Shown here: piece after piece, positions 16,668 to 27,080 of the stretch
Layout of the letters: each line of letters opens with the position of its first letter
Numbering within the stretch: the stretch's first letter is position 1
Virus record (IMG/VR): IMGVR_UViG_3300046692_000130
Location: 1-64,000 of that record
Strand: one strand, 5' to 3'
Length of the DNA stretch: 64,000 nt
From: a virus
Made by a program: the position numbers and the translations under genes
Notes under the pieces: model-generated
The model's input: the letters and a program-made list of their open reading frames with translations, nothing else
The model's database searches: none
What the model was told of the DNA's origin: nothing

Positions 16668-17081
16668 ATGCCGACACCAAGAAAGACAGTCGACCAACTG
16701 CGACTGAGTGGAGCACTTGACGTGAACCCCGGTAGATATGCGGATCGCGTCGAGAACGAACCGGTACCAACTGGCGAGATCGGTGATCCTCCTGAGCACT
16801 TCAGGCATGCCAAGAAAAAGATCTGGCGCGAGATCGTTGCGAACTCTCCCCCGGGAGTGCTCAAGAATAGCGACCGCATGACAGTCGAACTTGCTGCTCA
16901 CCTAATGGACAAGCTTCGTAACGACGAGGAAGGAATCTTGAAGGCGAGTGAGTACACCTTGCTGCTGAACGTCCTCGCGAAGCTCGGTATGAACCCAATT
17001 GACCGCACACGAATCGCGGCAACCCCGCCCGACAAGAAAGAGAAAGCTGCCGATCCATGGGCAGAGCTACTGCAGCAGTGA
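16668..17081 (+). CDS. terS: Terminase small subunit (P27-like)
   Basis: PRK..NPGR, PPEH..AKKKIW, KLGMNP.DR; directly before TerL. Confidence 0.85.
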   Translation: MPTPRKTVDQLRLSGALDVNPGRYADRVENEPVPTGEIGDPPEHFRHAKKKIWREIVANSPPGVLKNSDRMTVELAAHLMDKLRNDEEGILKASEYTLLLNVLAKLGMNPIDRTRIAATPPDKKEKAADPWAELLQQ

Positions 17082-17092
17082 CCTAACCACAC

Positions 17093-18784
17093 ATGAACAT
17101 CTCGATCAATCACGCGCACGACGCGCACCAATACGCACATGACGTCGTCGCTGGAAAGATCACGTCCTGTAAGTGGGTCAAGCTTGCATGCGAACGACAC
17201 CTGAAAGGTCTCGACGAAGCAAAGCAGGATAGCTACCAGTGGGAGTTCGATGAAGCTAAAGCGAACAAGGTTTGCAAGTTCATGGAACTGCTCCCACATG
17301 TCAAAGGCAAATGGGCTGCTAAAGCTGAAACAGTACGGCTAGAACCATGGCAGAAATTCGTAATTGCGAACATGTTCGGATGGGTCGATAAGACCACCGG
17401 CCTTCGCAAGTACCGCATCGTCTACATCTGCGTTCCTCGTAAGAACGGCAAGAGCTTCTTGGCTGCTGGCATCGGGTTGTACTTGTTCGCGCTCGATGGT
17501 GAGTTTGGCGCTGAGGTTTATTCCGGTGCAACCACTGAGAAGCAAGCGTGGGAAATTTTCCGACCGGCGCAACAGATGTGTGAACGCACACCTGCACTGC
17601 GCGAACGTCTCGGGATCGCGGTCAACGCGAAGACACTGACGATTGAAAGCAACGGCTCCCGTATGTTGCCTGTCATCGGATCTCCCGGTGATGGTGCCTC
17701 GCCGTCTGGCTCCCTCATCGACGAATACCACGAGCATCCTACAGACGTCCTGCTCGACACCATGATCACTGGTATGGGTGCTCGTGAGCAGCCTCTGGCG
17801 ATCATCACTACGACTGCTGGCTCAAACACTGCTGGCCCTTGCCGAATGCTCCAGAGTGATCTGGAGAAGGTTCTGGAAGGGACTTTTACGAACAACGAAC
17901 TCTTCGGTGTGATCTACACCATCGACGAGGGCGACGACTGGCAAAGCGAGGAAGCACTTCGCAAAGCGAATCCGAACTACGACGTATCAGTATCGGGCGA
18001 CTTCTTGAAAGCGCGTGTCGCTGAGGCAGTACAGTCGAGTCGCAAACAAAACATCACCAAGACGAAGCACCTGAACGTCTGGGTAAACGCAACGAGTGCA
18101 TTCTTCAACGTAGCCAAGTGGATGACACTGGCCGACGCGAATCTACACGAAGACCAGTTCATTGGTCAGCCTTGCGTTACCGGTCTCGACCTTGCGTCAC
18201 AGATCGACATCGCAGCCTCAGTGAAAGTCTTCATGAGGCAGATAGATGGCGTCGAACACTACTACATCTTTGGGAAGTTTTATATCCCAACGGATACGGT
18301 GAACCTGCCGCAGAATCAGCACTACCAGCAGTGGCACCATGAAGAGCAACTCATAGCTACTCCCGGCAGTGAGACCGACTTCAGCTTTATCAAGCGAGGA
18401 ATCCTCGAAGACGCAGAGAAGTTCGCCGTCAAAGAGTTGGCGTTCGATAAATATCAAGCCACTCACTTGAAGCAGGAGATCGCGGCAGAGACATCCATCC
18501 TGACCACCGAGATCCCGCAGACACCCTTGATGTTGTCTGAGCCTATGAAGCAGCTTGAGGCAATGATCATCTCCGGTCGCATCCACCATGACGGCAACCC
18601 TGTGATGACGTGGATGATCGGCAACACCGTTGCCAGAGTCGATGCGAATGAGAATGTCTTTCCACGTAAGGAGAGACCTGAGAACAAAATAGACGGCGTC
18701 TCTGCCTTACTGAATGCGCTCGTTAGAGTTCGCTCTGCGATTACCGCACTTGATACAGAGTTCTTCGACTTCAACGGATTTTGA
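17093..18784 (+). CDS. terL: Terminase large subunit (HK97-type)
   Basis: PRKNGKS Walker A, IDEYHEH, ITTTAG, GLDLA, KIDG. Confidence 0.97.
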   Translation: MNISINHAHDAHQYAHDVVAGKITSCKWVKLACERHLKGLDEAKQDSYQWEFDEAKANKVCKFMELLPHVKGKWAAKAETVRLEPWQKFVIANMFGWVDKTTGLRKYRIVYICVPRKNGKSFLAAGIGLYLFALDGEFGAEVYSGATTEKQAWEIFRPAQQMCERTPALRERLGIAVNAKTLTIESNGSRMLPVIGSPGDGASPSGSLIDEYHEHPTDVLLDTMITGMGAREQPLAIITTTAGSNTAGPCRMLQSDLEKVLEGTFTNNELFGVIYTIDEGDDWQSEEALRKANPNYDVSVSGDFLKARVAEAVQSSRKQNITKTKHLNVWVNATSAFFNVAKWMTLADANLHEDQFIGQPCVTGLDLASQIDIAASVKVFMRQIDGVEHYYIFGKFYIPTDTVNLPQNQHYQQWHHEEQLIATPGSETDFSFIKRGILEDAEKFAVKELAFDKYQATHLKQEIAAETSILTTEIPQTPLMLSEPMKQLEAMIISGRIHHDGNPVMTWMIGNTVARVDANENVFPRKERPENKIDGVSALLNALVRVRSAITALDTEFFDFNGF

Positions 18785-18796
18785 GGCTAAACACTT

Positions 18797-18997
18797 TTGA
18801 ACTACACCGACGTTCTTTTTCTGCTCGGCATCATTTTGTTTTCTGTTGGACTCGGCTTTATTTACTGGCCGTTGGTCTTCCTTTGGTTCGGCGGCTGGTT
18901 CATGTTCCTCGCGTATCACAGCGCGAAACGGACGCTGCATTTCACGACTACAACACCCAGACAGTACGCCGTCACACCTGACTTCAACGACAACTAA
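18797..18997 (+). CDS. Small membrane protein between TerL and portal
   Basis: Two hydrophobic segments; GAGG RBS; typical position. Confidence 0.7.
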   Translation: MNYTDVLFLLGIILFSVGLGFIYWPLVFLWFGGWFMFLAYHSAKRTLHFTTTTPRQYAVTPDFNDN

Positions 18998-19007
18998 GGA
19001 ATAAAAC

Positions 19008-20741
19008 ATGTCCCTACTAACACGGCTGATCCGAAACGGCTCACCATTTGACAATCCAGCCGTGCCGTTGAATTCAGCGAACGTCGAATACTTCTTGGAT
19101 CTCTTTTCCGGTGGCGGTCGCGGCGATGCGAATGAGATCGTAACACCTATCACCGCGATGCAGACCACAGCAGTGTGGGCCTGTGTCACCAAGATCTCGG
19201 AGCAGATCGCAACATCCCCTCTCCTTGTTTACGAAGTCGATAAGAAGGGCAAGCATGTAGCGCTGGATCATCCGTACTACTACCTGCTCCACAGCAAGCC
19301 AAACGATGAGCAGGACTCGGTTCAGTTCCGCACATCTGCACAGGCAAGTCTGCTGCTCTGGGGTAATGCGTACATCCAACTGCAGCGCGACAACAGCAAT
19401 TCGATTCGACAGATGTGGCTTCGTCATCCCGCGAAGACACGCGCACTTCGGATTGATGGGACGCTATGGTACGAAACCACCGACAACCACAAAGGTGACA
19501 GAACGCTGATCGACGCCGACGACATGATTCACATCATGGGCATGACGTTCGACGGATTCAACGGTGTCAGTCCCATCGAGTTTGCACGACAGACCATCGG
19601 CACGAACATTGCCATGGATCGCTTCGGCGCTCAGTTCTTCGGTAACTTCGCAACTCCATCACTAGCGATCAAGACACCGAACGCAGTGAAGCCCGAAGAT
19701 AAGGCGCGCATGCGGTCACAGTGGGAAGCACTGCAATCTGGTTCGAACCGGCACCGCGTAGCTATCCTCGACAACGGTATGGACGTCGAGACGATCTCGA
19801 TCCCACCTGAGGCAGCACAGTTTCTTGAGTCGAAGATGATGACTCGCAGAGACATCGCAGCAATCTTTGGTGTTCCACCGGCAATGATCGGTGACGTTGA
19901 GAAGTCTGTACGAGCCAATGTCGAACAGCAGAGCATCGACTTCTTGAACTTCTGCTTGAAGCCATGGATTCGCCGCTGGGAGATTGCGCTATCGACGAAG
20001 CTCTTCCCTACTGTCGGACGCAACGCGAATAAGTTCATCGCCAAGTTCGATATGCGCGAGATGCTTCGCCCTGATGCTGCAGCGCGAACGACCTTCTACC
20101 AGTCTGGTATCCAGAACGGTGTGCTCTCGCCTGATGAGGCGCGTGAGATGGAAGGATTGAACCCGCTCGGTAACTACGGCGATCAGCACTTCATTCAGTT
20201 GAATATGCAGACGCTGAAGATGGCGAAGCAGGTTGAGGATATCGGCCCAGTCGACAATACGGCCCCGAACCCGACCGGCGATCAAGGTAAGACACCGAAG
20301 GCCGATCCTAAGACAGAGACCGACGACACACTCGAAGTCGAATCTGAAGAGAACTCTCTGATGAACCGAATCGGTACACCCTACTCGGGTTTGTATCGCG
20401 ACGGACTCAGCCGGTTGCTCCATCGCTCCAAGCGTGACGCAACGGCCATTCGTCAGTGCCTCAGCCCAACACTCATTGGTATTGCACTCTCTCTCCGGTC
20501 GCTTCATAAGATCCCGGGCGACGTGCTGACCACAAACGACGAATGCTATCGAGCGATCAACAAACTGGTCGACGGTATCGAACGGCGCGCTTCTAGCTGG
20601 AAGGAAGACGACGTTGAATCAATCAGCCGCGATGAACTGAAACGAGCCATGAGGAGCTTGGTCTTTGCTACACACAAAGATCTGGGAACGATTCGGGCGC
20701 TCAAGGACATCCGTGAGCTTGAAGACGACAAGGAAGAGTAA
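19008..20741 (+). CDS. HK97-family portal protein with C-terminal extension
   Basis: AVWACV..I, LLWGNAY, GVSPI, IAAIFGVPP, EAREMEGL. Confidence 0.96.
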   Translation: MSLLTRLIRNGSPFDNPAVPLNSANVEYFLDLFSGGGRGDANEIVTPITAMQTTAVWACVTKISEQIATSPLLVYEVDKKGKHVALDHPYYYLLHSKPNDEQDSVQFRTSAQASLLLWGNAYIQLQRDNSNSIRQMWLRHPAKTRALRIDGTLWYETTDNHKGDRTLIDADDMIHIMGMTFDGFNGVSPIEFARQTIGTNIAMDRFGAQFFGNFATPSLAIKTPNAVKPEDKARMRSQWEALQSGSNRHRVAILDNGMDVETISIPPEAAQFLESKMMTRRDIAAIFGVPPAMIGDVEKSVRANVEQQSIDFLNFCLKPWIRRWEIALSTKLFPTVGRNANKFIAKFDMREMLRPDAAARTTFYQSGIQNGVLSPDEAREMEGLNPLGNYGDQHFIQLNMQTLKMAKQVEDIGPVDNTAPNPTGDQGKTPKADPKTETDDTLEVESEENSLMNRIGTPYSGLYRDGLSRLLHRSKRDATAIRQCLSPTLIGIALSLRSLHKIPGDVLTTNDECYRAINKLVDGIERRASSWKEDDVESISRDELKRAMRSLVFATHKDLGTIRALKDIRELEDDKEE

Positions 20742-20743
20742 AC

Positions 20744-21538
20744 ATGAAACGTGAACGAAGGTTTTTGGCCCATGAGTTCCGCGTCGACGACTCCGGTGCA
20801 GCGCCTAAGATCTCTGGTTACGCAAGCAAGTTCGGCGTACTCAGTGAGGATCTCGGTGGCTTCCGTGAGCGAATTGACCCGGGCGCATTCGACGCCTGTC
20901 TAGCCTCCACTCCCGACATCGTCGGTCTCTTCAATCACAACCCCGAAAAGGTACTGGGCAGAACAACGTCTGGCACCATGGAAGTCAAGACCGATGCGGT
21001 CGGCCTCTTCTATGTGATTGATCCACCCGACACGCAGCTTGCCCGAGACCTGATGGTTTCGATGAAGCGCGGCGACATCAACAAGAGCAGCTTCGGCTTC
21101 TTCTGCCTCGAAGACACATGGGATTTGGCTGAGGACGGATCTTTGATTCGTACCGTGCTAAAGGCCAGCGTATTCGATTGCAGCCCTGTGACGTTCCCGG
21201 CTTACCCCGATGCGACCTCTCAGGTACGCTCGTTGTTCCCTGACGGCAAGCCTGAAGTACCTGAACCTGAAGCTCCTGCAGCGCCGGTAATTGAAGCGCC
21301 TGTCGAGACTGAAGTCCGTTCTGAAGATGCACCTGCTGCAGACAATGCAGAAGAGCGCAACAGTGAGGACGAAGACGAGGAAGGCGACGATTGCGAAGGC
21401 TGTGAAGACGACGACTGTGAGTTCTGCAGTGCTCGTCGCGAGTCTGAGCGCGCTGCCGCTGATGCTGCAAAGGCGACCGAAGATGCCGCTGTACACGAGA
21501 ACCTTACGCTCAAGCTGAAGTTGGCTTCGATCTCGTAA
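20744..21538 (+). CDS. HK97-family prohead protease
   Basis: GYASKF, FNHN..VLGRT, SSFGF, SPVTFPAY; acidic Cys-containing tail. Confidence 0.95.
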   Translation: MKRERRFLAHEFRVDDSGAAPKISGYASKFGVLSEDLGGFRERIDPGAFDACLASTPDIVGLFNHNPEKVLGRTTSGTMEVKTDAVGLFYVIDPPDTQLARDLMVSMKRGDINKSSFGFFCLEDTWDLAEDGSLIRTVLKASVFDCSPVTFPAYPDATSQVRSLFPDGKPEVPEPEAPAAPVIEAPVETEVRSEDAPAADNAEERNSEDEDEEGDDCEGCEDDDCEFCSARRESERAAADAAKATEDAAVHENLTLKLKLASIS

Positions 21539-21706
21539 ACAGCAACGAACAAGATTGGCAGTGATCAGTGTCCGTGTAATGCGGCCCCTTAGGTGGGAAC
21601 TCTTGATCCTGCAGCGACGAAGACACCATAGAGCGTGGCTGACTGTCTCGCAAACCCTGCACCACTCATTCTGTAACACCCAAATTCAAACAAGGAACTT
21701 ATCACA

Positions 21707-22942
21707 ATGAATACTCGCAATCTGCGGGAACAGCGCGCTGCGCTCATCACTCAGGCCAACGCTCTTTTGACCGAGAACGTCGCACTCAACGAAGAGCAGC
21801 GCTCGAAGTTTGACGCCCTCTATGCTGAGGCCGACGGTCTCAAGCAGACCATCGACCGTGCGGAGCGCGCAGCGGCTGCTGAGGCAGAGCTTCGTGAACT
21901 CCAGCCCGTCGTGAAGCCTGTTGTTGAGGGCGATGCAAAGGCTGCTGAGGTTCGTGCTGCCAAGTACACTTCGGCGTTCAACAAGTATCTGCGCGAGGGC
22001 AAGGAAGGTCTGAATGCTGAAGAGCGTTCGCTTCTGTCCGAGAATCGCGCACAGTCGGTGACGACTGGCTCCGGTGGAGCGTACACGGTGCCTCAGGGCT
22101 TCATGAACGAGCTTGCTGTAGCGCTGAAGCACTACGGCGGTATCCGCGACGTGGCGCGCAGCCTCGTTACTTCGACCGGCAATCCGCTGCCGTGGCCGAC
22201 GAACAACGATACCTCGAACATGGGTTCGCGCCTCGGTGCAACTTCTGTTCCCGGTACCGCTCAGGAAGTCGATCTGACCTTCGGTCAGGTGAACCTGAAT
22301 GCATGGACGTACACGTCTCAGGCGATCACGGTTCCGAACGAATTGCTGCAGGATTCGGCGTTCGATCTGGAGGCATTCATCAAGGAGCAGTTCGTCACAC
22401 GTATCGGTCGTATTCAGAACAACGAATTCACCGTCTACAGCGGTGGCAACGGCCCTCAGGGTGTTGTTCCCTTCGCTACCGGCTCTGCAACCGGCGTAAC
22501 TGCTGCCACGGGCGGCACGACCGCGATCACCTACGACAACCTCGTAGACCTGATCCACTCGGTCGATCTGGCGTACCGCAAGAACGGTACCCTGATGTTC
22601 AACGACCTCACGTTCTCCGTGATCCGCAAGATCAAGGACAACTACGGTCGTCCGCTGCTGGCCCCGGGCATCGACGGTTCGGATCCCGACAAGATCCTCG
22701 GTTACAAGTACGTGGTCAACAACGACATGGCTGTACCCGGTGCCAACGCCTACTCCATGCTGTTCGGTGACTTCTCCAAGTACATCGTCCGCGACATCGC
22801 GAACAGCACGGCCATCATGCGCCTCGACCAGTTGAACGCGCTCAACAACCAGACCACCTTCGTTGCGTTCACGCGCTCCGATGCTCGTGGTGTGGATGCT
22901 GGTACGCACCCGATCAGCTTCTTCAAGCAGTCGGCAACTTAA
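21707..22942 (+). CDS. Major capsid protein, HK97 fold
   Basis: Coiled-coil delta domain, GGAYTVP, ELLQDS, KDNYGRPL, FGDFSKY. Confidence 0.96.
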   Translation: MNTRNLREQRAALITQANALLTENVALNEEQRSKFDALYAEADGLKQTIDRAERAAAAEAELRELQPVVKPVVEGDAKAAEVRAAKYTSAFNKYLREGKEGLNAEERSLLSENRAQSVTTGSGGAYTVPQGFMNELAVALKHYGGIRDVARSLVTSTGNPLPWPTNNDTSNMGSRLGATSVPGTAQEVDLTFGQVNLNAWTYTSQAITVPNELLQDSAFDLEAFIKEQFVTRIGRIQNNEFTVYSGGNGPQGVVPFATGSATGVTAATGGTTAITYDNLVDLIHSVDLAYRKNGTLMFNDLTFSVIRKIKDNYGRPLLAPGIDGSDPDKILGYKYVVNNDMAVPGANAYSMLFGDFSKYIVRDIANSTAIMRLDQLNALNNQTTFVAFTRSDARGVDAGTHPISFFKQSAT

Positions 22943-22947
22943 TCAAG

Positions 22948-22985
22948 TGGCTCCTCAGTCTTCACGGGCTGGGGAGCCTCTTTCC
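22948..22985 (+). terminator. Rho-independent terminator
   Basis: GGCTCCTCAG...CTGGGGAGCC followed by TCTTT. Confidence 0.65.
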
Positions 22986-22997
22986 TTGTAAGGACAC

Positions 22998-23291
22998 ATG
23001 AAAGAACTCATCATTCTCACTTCCATAAGTGGAACAGGTAACCCAGACGGCATCAGCCCCGGCGTATTCAGCTTCTCACGCGGAATGTACGTGAAGATCC
23101 AAGACGATCATCTCGCTGATGTATGGGTAGCCACTGGTCGCGCCAAGTACGCCGACCCTGAGCCTGTAACAGATTTTGTAGCCCCTCAGGCACCGGCGAT
23201 CACTCCCGAACCTGAGACAGCAACCATCCCCACATCTCACGAGACGGCCATTTCTCCACAAGGGAGGAGGCCACGAAAGCGCGGTAAGTAA
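22998..23291 (+). CDS. Small post-capsid hypothetical protein
   Basis: AAGGA RBS; conserved position; basic tail. Confidence 0.7.
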   Translation: MKELIILTSISGTGNPDGISPGVFSFSRGMYVKIQDDHLADVWVATGRAKYADPEPVTDFVAPQAPAITPEPETATIPTSHETAISPQGRRPRKRGK

Positions 23292-24184
23292 TGTCAATTG
23301 CTCTGAAGCAGATCATGCCCCCGATGATCGAGCCAATCAGTCTCGACGAGGCAAAGCAACATTTGCGTGTCGACATAGACGCTGAAGATGATCTCATCCT
23401 TTCGATCATCAGCGCAGCGCGGTCGAGGGCAGAGGGTTATACCGGCCTGAGTCTGATGCCACAGAAGTGGATGTACGCAATGGATCGATTCCCGGTCTTC
23501 AGGCGCACAGGCACTGCACCATCCCGCTCAGACTTTGACCAACTCGGAAACAGCACATGGGAAGGCGAGTTGCAATTCAATCGCTCCCAGCAGGTTAGCC
23601 TTCCGCGCTCTCCACTGATCTCCGTCGATCTCGTCACATACATTGACCTGAACAGCCAGCAGAGAGTCACACTGGCAGCAAACAATTACATCGTCGACGA
23701 CATGTCGATGCCCGGACGCTTAGTCCCACCGGTTGGTGCAAGCTGGCCACTCGCGCAGCCCGTCGCCAATTCAGTACAGATCAGCTTCACTACTGGCTTC
23801 GTCGTCACGATCACTGAGTCTTATGTGGTGCCAAGCAGCGCGCCGTATACGGTCACATTGAATGCTGTGACTGCGAACAAGAAAGTGATCGGCATATCGA
23901 CAGTCATCGACACGACGTCGAACCAATCAATCAATTACACGAACGCAGACGGCATCCTGACATTTACTGCAGACTCTGCAGGAAAGACGGTCTCTGTCAC
24001 ATACACGATCTCGACTGTTCCTGAATCACTCGTCATGGCGATCAAGCTCATGATCGGCGCGTTCTATGAGAACCGAGAGTCGTTCGTTGTAGGCGTCGGC
24101 AATGCAGTCTCGACACCGATCTCTGCTGAACACCTTATGAACGAACACCGTCAGTCGGTCTTCGGCTTCACGATGGGTGGCTAA
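23291..24184 (+). CDS. Head-tail connector (gp6-like) with beta-rich insertion
   Basis: EPISLDEAKQHLRVD, AIKLMIGAFYENRE. Confidence 0.9.
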   Translation: MSIALKQIMPPMIEPISLDEAKQHLRVDIDAEDDLILSIISAARSRAEGYTGLSLMPQKWMYAMDRFPVFRRTGTAPSRSDFDQLGNSTWEGELQFNRSQQVSLPRSPLISVDLVTYIDLNSQQRVTLAANNYIVDDMSMPGRLVPPVGASWPLAQPVANSVQISFTTGFVVTITESYVVPSSAPYTVTLNAVTANKKVIGISTVIDTTSNQSINYTNADGILTFTADSAGKTVSVTYTISTVPESLVMAIKLMIGAFYENRESFVVGVGNAVSTPISAEHLMNEHRQSVFGFTMGG

Positions 24185-24186
24185 TT

Positions 24187-24540
24187 ATGGCAAAGAACGT
24201 AGTGCTACAGGCTGGCCAACTTCGCCATCGCATCACCATTCAAACTCCCCCGGCTGACGTGAACAACCCGTTCACACAAGATCTGCCATGGGTTGATCTG
24301 ATCACATGCTGGGCGCGCATCCAGCCGCTCACTACGCGTGAGATCTACCAAGGCACTCAGGACGGCTCAGGCGTCACGCACCGAATCACGATGCGTTACC
24401 CGGGCAGCGTCGGCATACGTGCCGGGTACAAGATCAAGTTCGGTACTCGCATCTTCGAACTCAAAGACGGCTTCATAAACGTCGAAGAGCGCAACCGCGT
24501 GATTCAGCTTTCGGCGCGTGAACTCAACCCAACGGAGTAA
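24187..24540 (+). CDS. Head closure / head-tail adaptor (SPP1 gp16-like)
   Basis: AGQLRHRITIQ, WARIQP, THRITMRY. Confidence 0.9.
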   Translation: MAKNVVLQAGQLRHRITIQTPPADVNNPFTQDLPWVDLITCWARIQPLTTREIYQGTQDGSGVTHRITMRYPGSVGIRAGYKIKFGTRIFELKDGFINVEERNRVIQLSARELNPTE

Positions 24541-24545
24541 ACGCC

Positions 24546-24932
24546 ATGGAAGTGCAAGTTGTCGTTGATCTCAACGGCATTGAAGAAGCTCTACACCAAC
24601 TCGGCCCTCGACTAGCAAAGAAGACTATGCGTAAGTCGCTGCGGAAAGCTGCCAAGGTCTGGCAGAAGGAAATGAAGATTCGCACTCCAGTCGACACCGG
24701 CCAACTGCGAGACGACATCGACATCTTCCTATTCGTCAACGGCAGAAACGATGAGGGCAGCGTACTAGTCGGGCCAACCAAGCATTCGTTCTACGGAAGG
24801 TTCTTGGAATTTGGCACGAAGAACATGACAGCAAAACCATTCGTCAGACCAACCTTCGACGCCAAGGCCAATGAGGTTTTGGAGACGTTCGTTGAATCGC
24901 TCAGATCGGATTTAGAGGAGGTACTAAGGTAA
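24546..24932 (+). CDS. HK97 gp10-family tail component
   Basis: PVDTGQLR, FLEFGT..M.AKPFVRP. Confidence 0.92.
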   Translation: MEVQVVVDLNGIEEALHQLGPRLAKKTMRKSLRKAAKVWQKEMKIRTPVDTGQLRDDIDIFLFVNGRNDEGSVLVGPTKHSFYGRFLEFGTKNMTAKPFVRPTFDAKANEVLETFVESLRSDLEEVLR

Positions 24933-25667
24933 GTGATCGAAGAAGGACTGTACCTCCAACTGAACCAGACTGATGGTCTGACTTGTCTCATTGGTCACCA
25001 CGCAGTCCACTTGAACTTTGCGCCACAGGTTGCACCCAACCCATGCATCGTCATGCAGGGCATCTCATCCACTCCTGACTACACGTTCTACGGCCCCAGC
25101 GGCTTCAACACGCGACGATACCAGTTCAGTTGCTACGGCGACACGTATCCACAAGCGAAACGCGTACAGGAGGCTCTGAGGCTTGCTCTCGATGGCTTCA
25201 ATGGCTATCTGCCCAATGGGGCGCTCGTCTTCGACATTCGACGCGACAACGAGCAAGACCTATACGACAACGAGAGCAATTCACATCGCATCATCACTGA
25301 CTTCTACATCGACTTCCAAGAGTTGGGTCAGGGGCAGGTGAGCAACATCACGCAGAACGTCGCACCACAACTTATCACGGAGACATACCAACCTGTAATG
25401 CTTATCGACTTCTCCGTTCGCAACGCAATACACAGTTTGACGCTGACTGGTGATGTGGAATTCACATTCACTGGAGGCGTAGCTGGACAACTCATTACGC
25501 TCATCATCACTCAGGATGGAGTCGGTGGTCACCAGATTACAAGCTGGTCGCCCAACATCACTAGCGGTGTGCAGGTAGGACAGGTCGCTGGAGCGTCAAC
25601 TGCGCTGCAGTTCTTGTTCGACGGTGCGAACTACCTCTTGCTGAACGCACCGATCAGCAGTCAATAA
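24933..25667 (+). CDS. Tail terminator (DUF3168-like) fused to an extra C-terminal beta domain
   Basis: RYQFSCYG..Y..AK..LRLALDG; C-terminal ~90 aa resembles the C-terminus of 37309-37977. Confidence 0.8.
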   Translation: MIEEGLYLQLNQTDGLTCLIGHHAVHLNFAPQVAPNPCIVMQGISSTPDYTFYGPSGFNTRRYQFSCYGDTYPQAKRVQEALRLALDGFNGYLPNGALVFDIRRDNEQDLYDNESNSHRIITDFYIDFQELGQGQVSNITQNVAPQLITETYQPVMLIDFSVRNAIHSLTLTGDVEFTFTGGVAGQLITLIITQDGVGGHQITSWSPNITSGVQVGQVAGASTALQFLFDGANYLLLNAPISSQ

Positions 25668-25746
25668 CAACCAGTTCTTTCCTTGCATATCTGCGGGAAT
25701 CGAGCGACACGCAACAATCCAACCCAATTCATAAAGGAAAACATCC

Positions 25747-26232
25747 ATGCCTACTACTTTGGCTCCTGTAGATGGAGTGAGCAAAGCATTTTCTGGTAAA
25801 GGCACAGTACTCGGTATCGGCCCCATAGTCGGCTCGACCGGCACCGCCACTTTTGTACCGATTGCCGAACTCAAGACATTCAACTTCAGCGGCACCAAGA
25901 ACGACATCGAAGACGTAACGAACAGCGACTCCGCTGGCCGTGCGCGTGAATACCTCGTCACGCTGCTCGACTCCGGTGACATCTCTGTCAGCGGTAACTA
26001 CATCGCTGGTGATGCTGGTCAGACCGCGTTCCGCGCTGCCTTCAATCTCGGCAGTGTAAATGAGTGGGAGATCCAGCTTCCCAAGACTCCCTTGCAGACG
26101 ACTACCGGCGACTTGATCACATTCAACGGCGTTGTGACTGAGAACTCCCTTGACATCCAGTTCGACAAGGCTGTGACCTTCTCGGGCAAGATCAAGGTCT
26201 CAGGCGTCATCACCTTCGTCTCTGGCAGCTAA
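25747..26232 (+). CDS. Major tail tube protein
   Basis: IEDVTNSDS..REY..L.DSGD; position. Confidence 0.88.
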   Translation: MPTTLAPVDGVSKAFSGKGTVLGIGPIVGSTGTATFVPIAELKTFNFSGTKNDIEDVTNSDSAGRAREYLVTLLDSGDISVSGNYIAGDAGQTAFRAAFNLGSVNEWEIQLPKTPLQTTTGDLITFNGVVTENSLDIQFDKAVTFSGKIKVSGVITFVSGS

Positions 26233-26244
26233 CACAACCTACAC

Positions 26245-26290
26245 ATGCAGCATTATCCTTGACTGGGTAGTGCTGCATTCTTTCTCTTTC
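26245..26290 (+). terminator. Rho-independent terminator
   Basis: ATGCAGCATTATCC...GGGTAGTGCTGCAT followed by T-rich tract. Confidence 0.7.
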
Positions 26291-26316
26291 GAATGACAAA
26301 AGGAAAAACACTACTC

Positions 26317-26697
26317 ATGGCTCGTAAGACCGTTGCCGGTATCCCCGGCTCTGACCCAACCCTCTCCAGCGCATCGGTCACAATCCACGACCGCACCTAC
26401 AAGCTTTGCTTCGACTTCAACGCCCTCGCCACCGCTGAGGAGCTTACAGGAATCAACCTGCTGACCAGCCTCGATCTGTCGAGCCTGTCCGTCGTCAAGT
26501 TCCGCGCCATCTTCTACGCTGCACTCCTCAAGGATCAGCCCGAGATCACGCTTGGACAAGCCGGTTCCCTGATCACCATGAAGTCGATGAACGACATCAC
26601 ACTCGCGCTCATTGAGGCATGGACTGGTTCTCGCCCAGAAGTAGATGAGGCAGAGACGAAGGCAAACCCTCACGGGGAGTCGAGCAGCGAGAGCTAA
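26317..26697 (+). CDS. Tail assembly chaperone (gpG-like)
   Basis: YKLCFDFNALATAEE; between tube and tape measure. Confidence 0.8.
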   Translation: MARKTVAGIPGSDPTLSSASVTIHDRTYKLCFDFNALATAEELTGINLLTSLDLSSLSVVKFRAIFYAALLKDQPEITLGQAGSLITMKSMNDITLALIEAWTGSRPEVDEAETKANPHGESSSES

Positions 26698-27077
26698 CCT
26701 CGGCTCAACAATGGCTTGAGTACTGGTCAATAGGGCGCTTCCATCTTCATCTCTCCGATGAGCAATTCTACGATCTGACGCCACGTCAGTTCCATGCGTT
26801 GATGCTCCGCTTCAAAGAAGCCCGTGAGCACACCGAACTCCTCTTCGGAATCAACACGGCTGTCACGATCAACACATCATTTAGCCCACCCAAAGAAGCG
26901 AAGTCACCCTTCGACTTCATGCCCTCCAAGATGGGCGAAGCCTCTCCTGACAAACACGCACCGGCACCGCCGAAGCGATTCAACAGGCAGAAGTTCGCTG
27001 ACGGTATTCGCAAGTTCCTTACTGCGATGCCACCCCACTTGGTCAAAGTCATTCCACCTGCTGAGAAAAAGGAGTAG
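26664..27077 (+). CDS. Tail assembly chaperone -1 frameshift extension (gpGT-like)
   Basis: A AAC CCT slippery heptamer at 26664-26670; -1 frame open to 27077 (..LSDEQFYDLTPRQF..). Confidence 0.8.
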   Translation, partial: KPSRGVEQRELTSAQQWLEYWSIGRFHLHLSDEQFYDLTPRQFHALMLRFKEAREHTELLFGINTAVTINTSFSPPKEAKSPFDFMPSKMGEASPDKHAPAPPKRFNRQKFADGIRKFLTAMPPHLVKVIPPAEKKE

Positions 27078-27080
27078 TCA

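Noticed and set aside
21686-22909. 407-aa antisense ORF
   Set aside because: Shadow of the codon-biased major capsid gene
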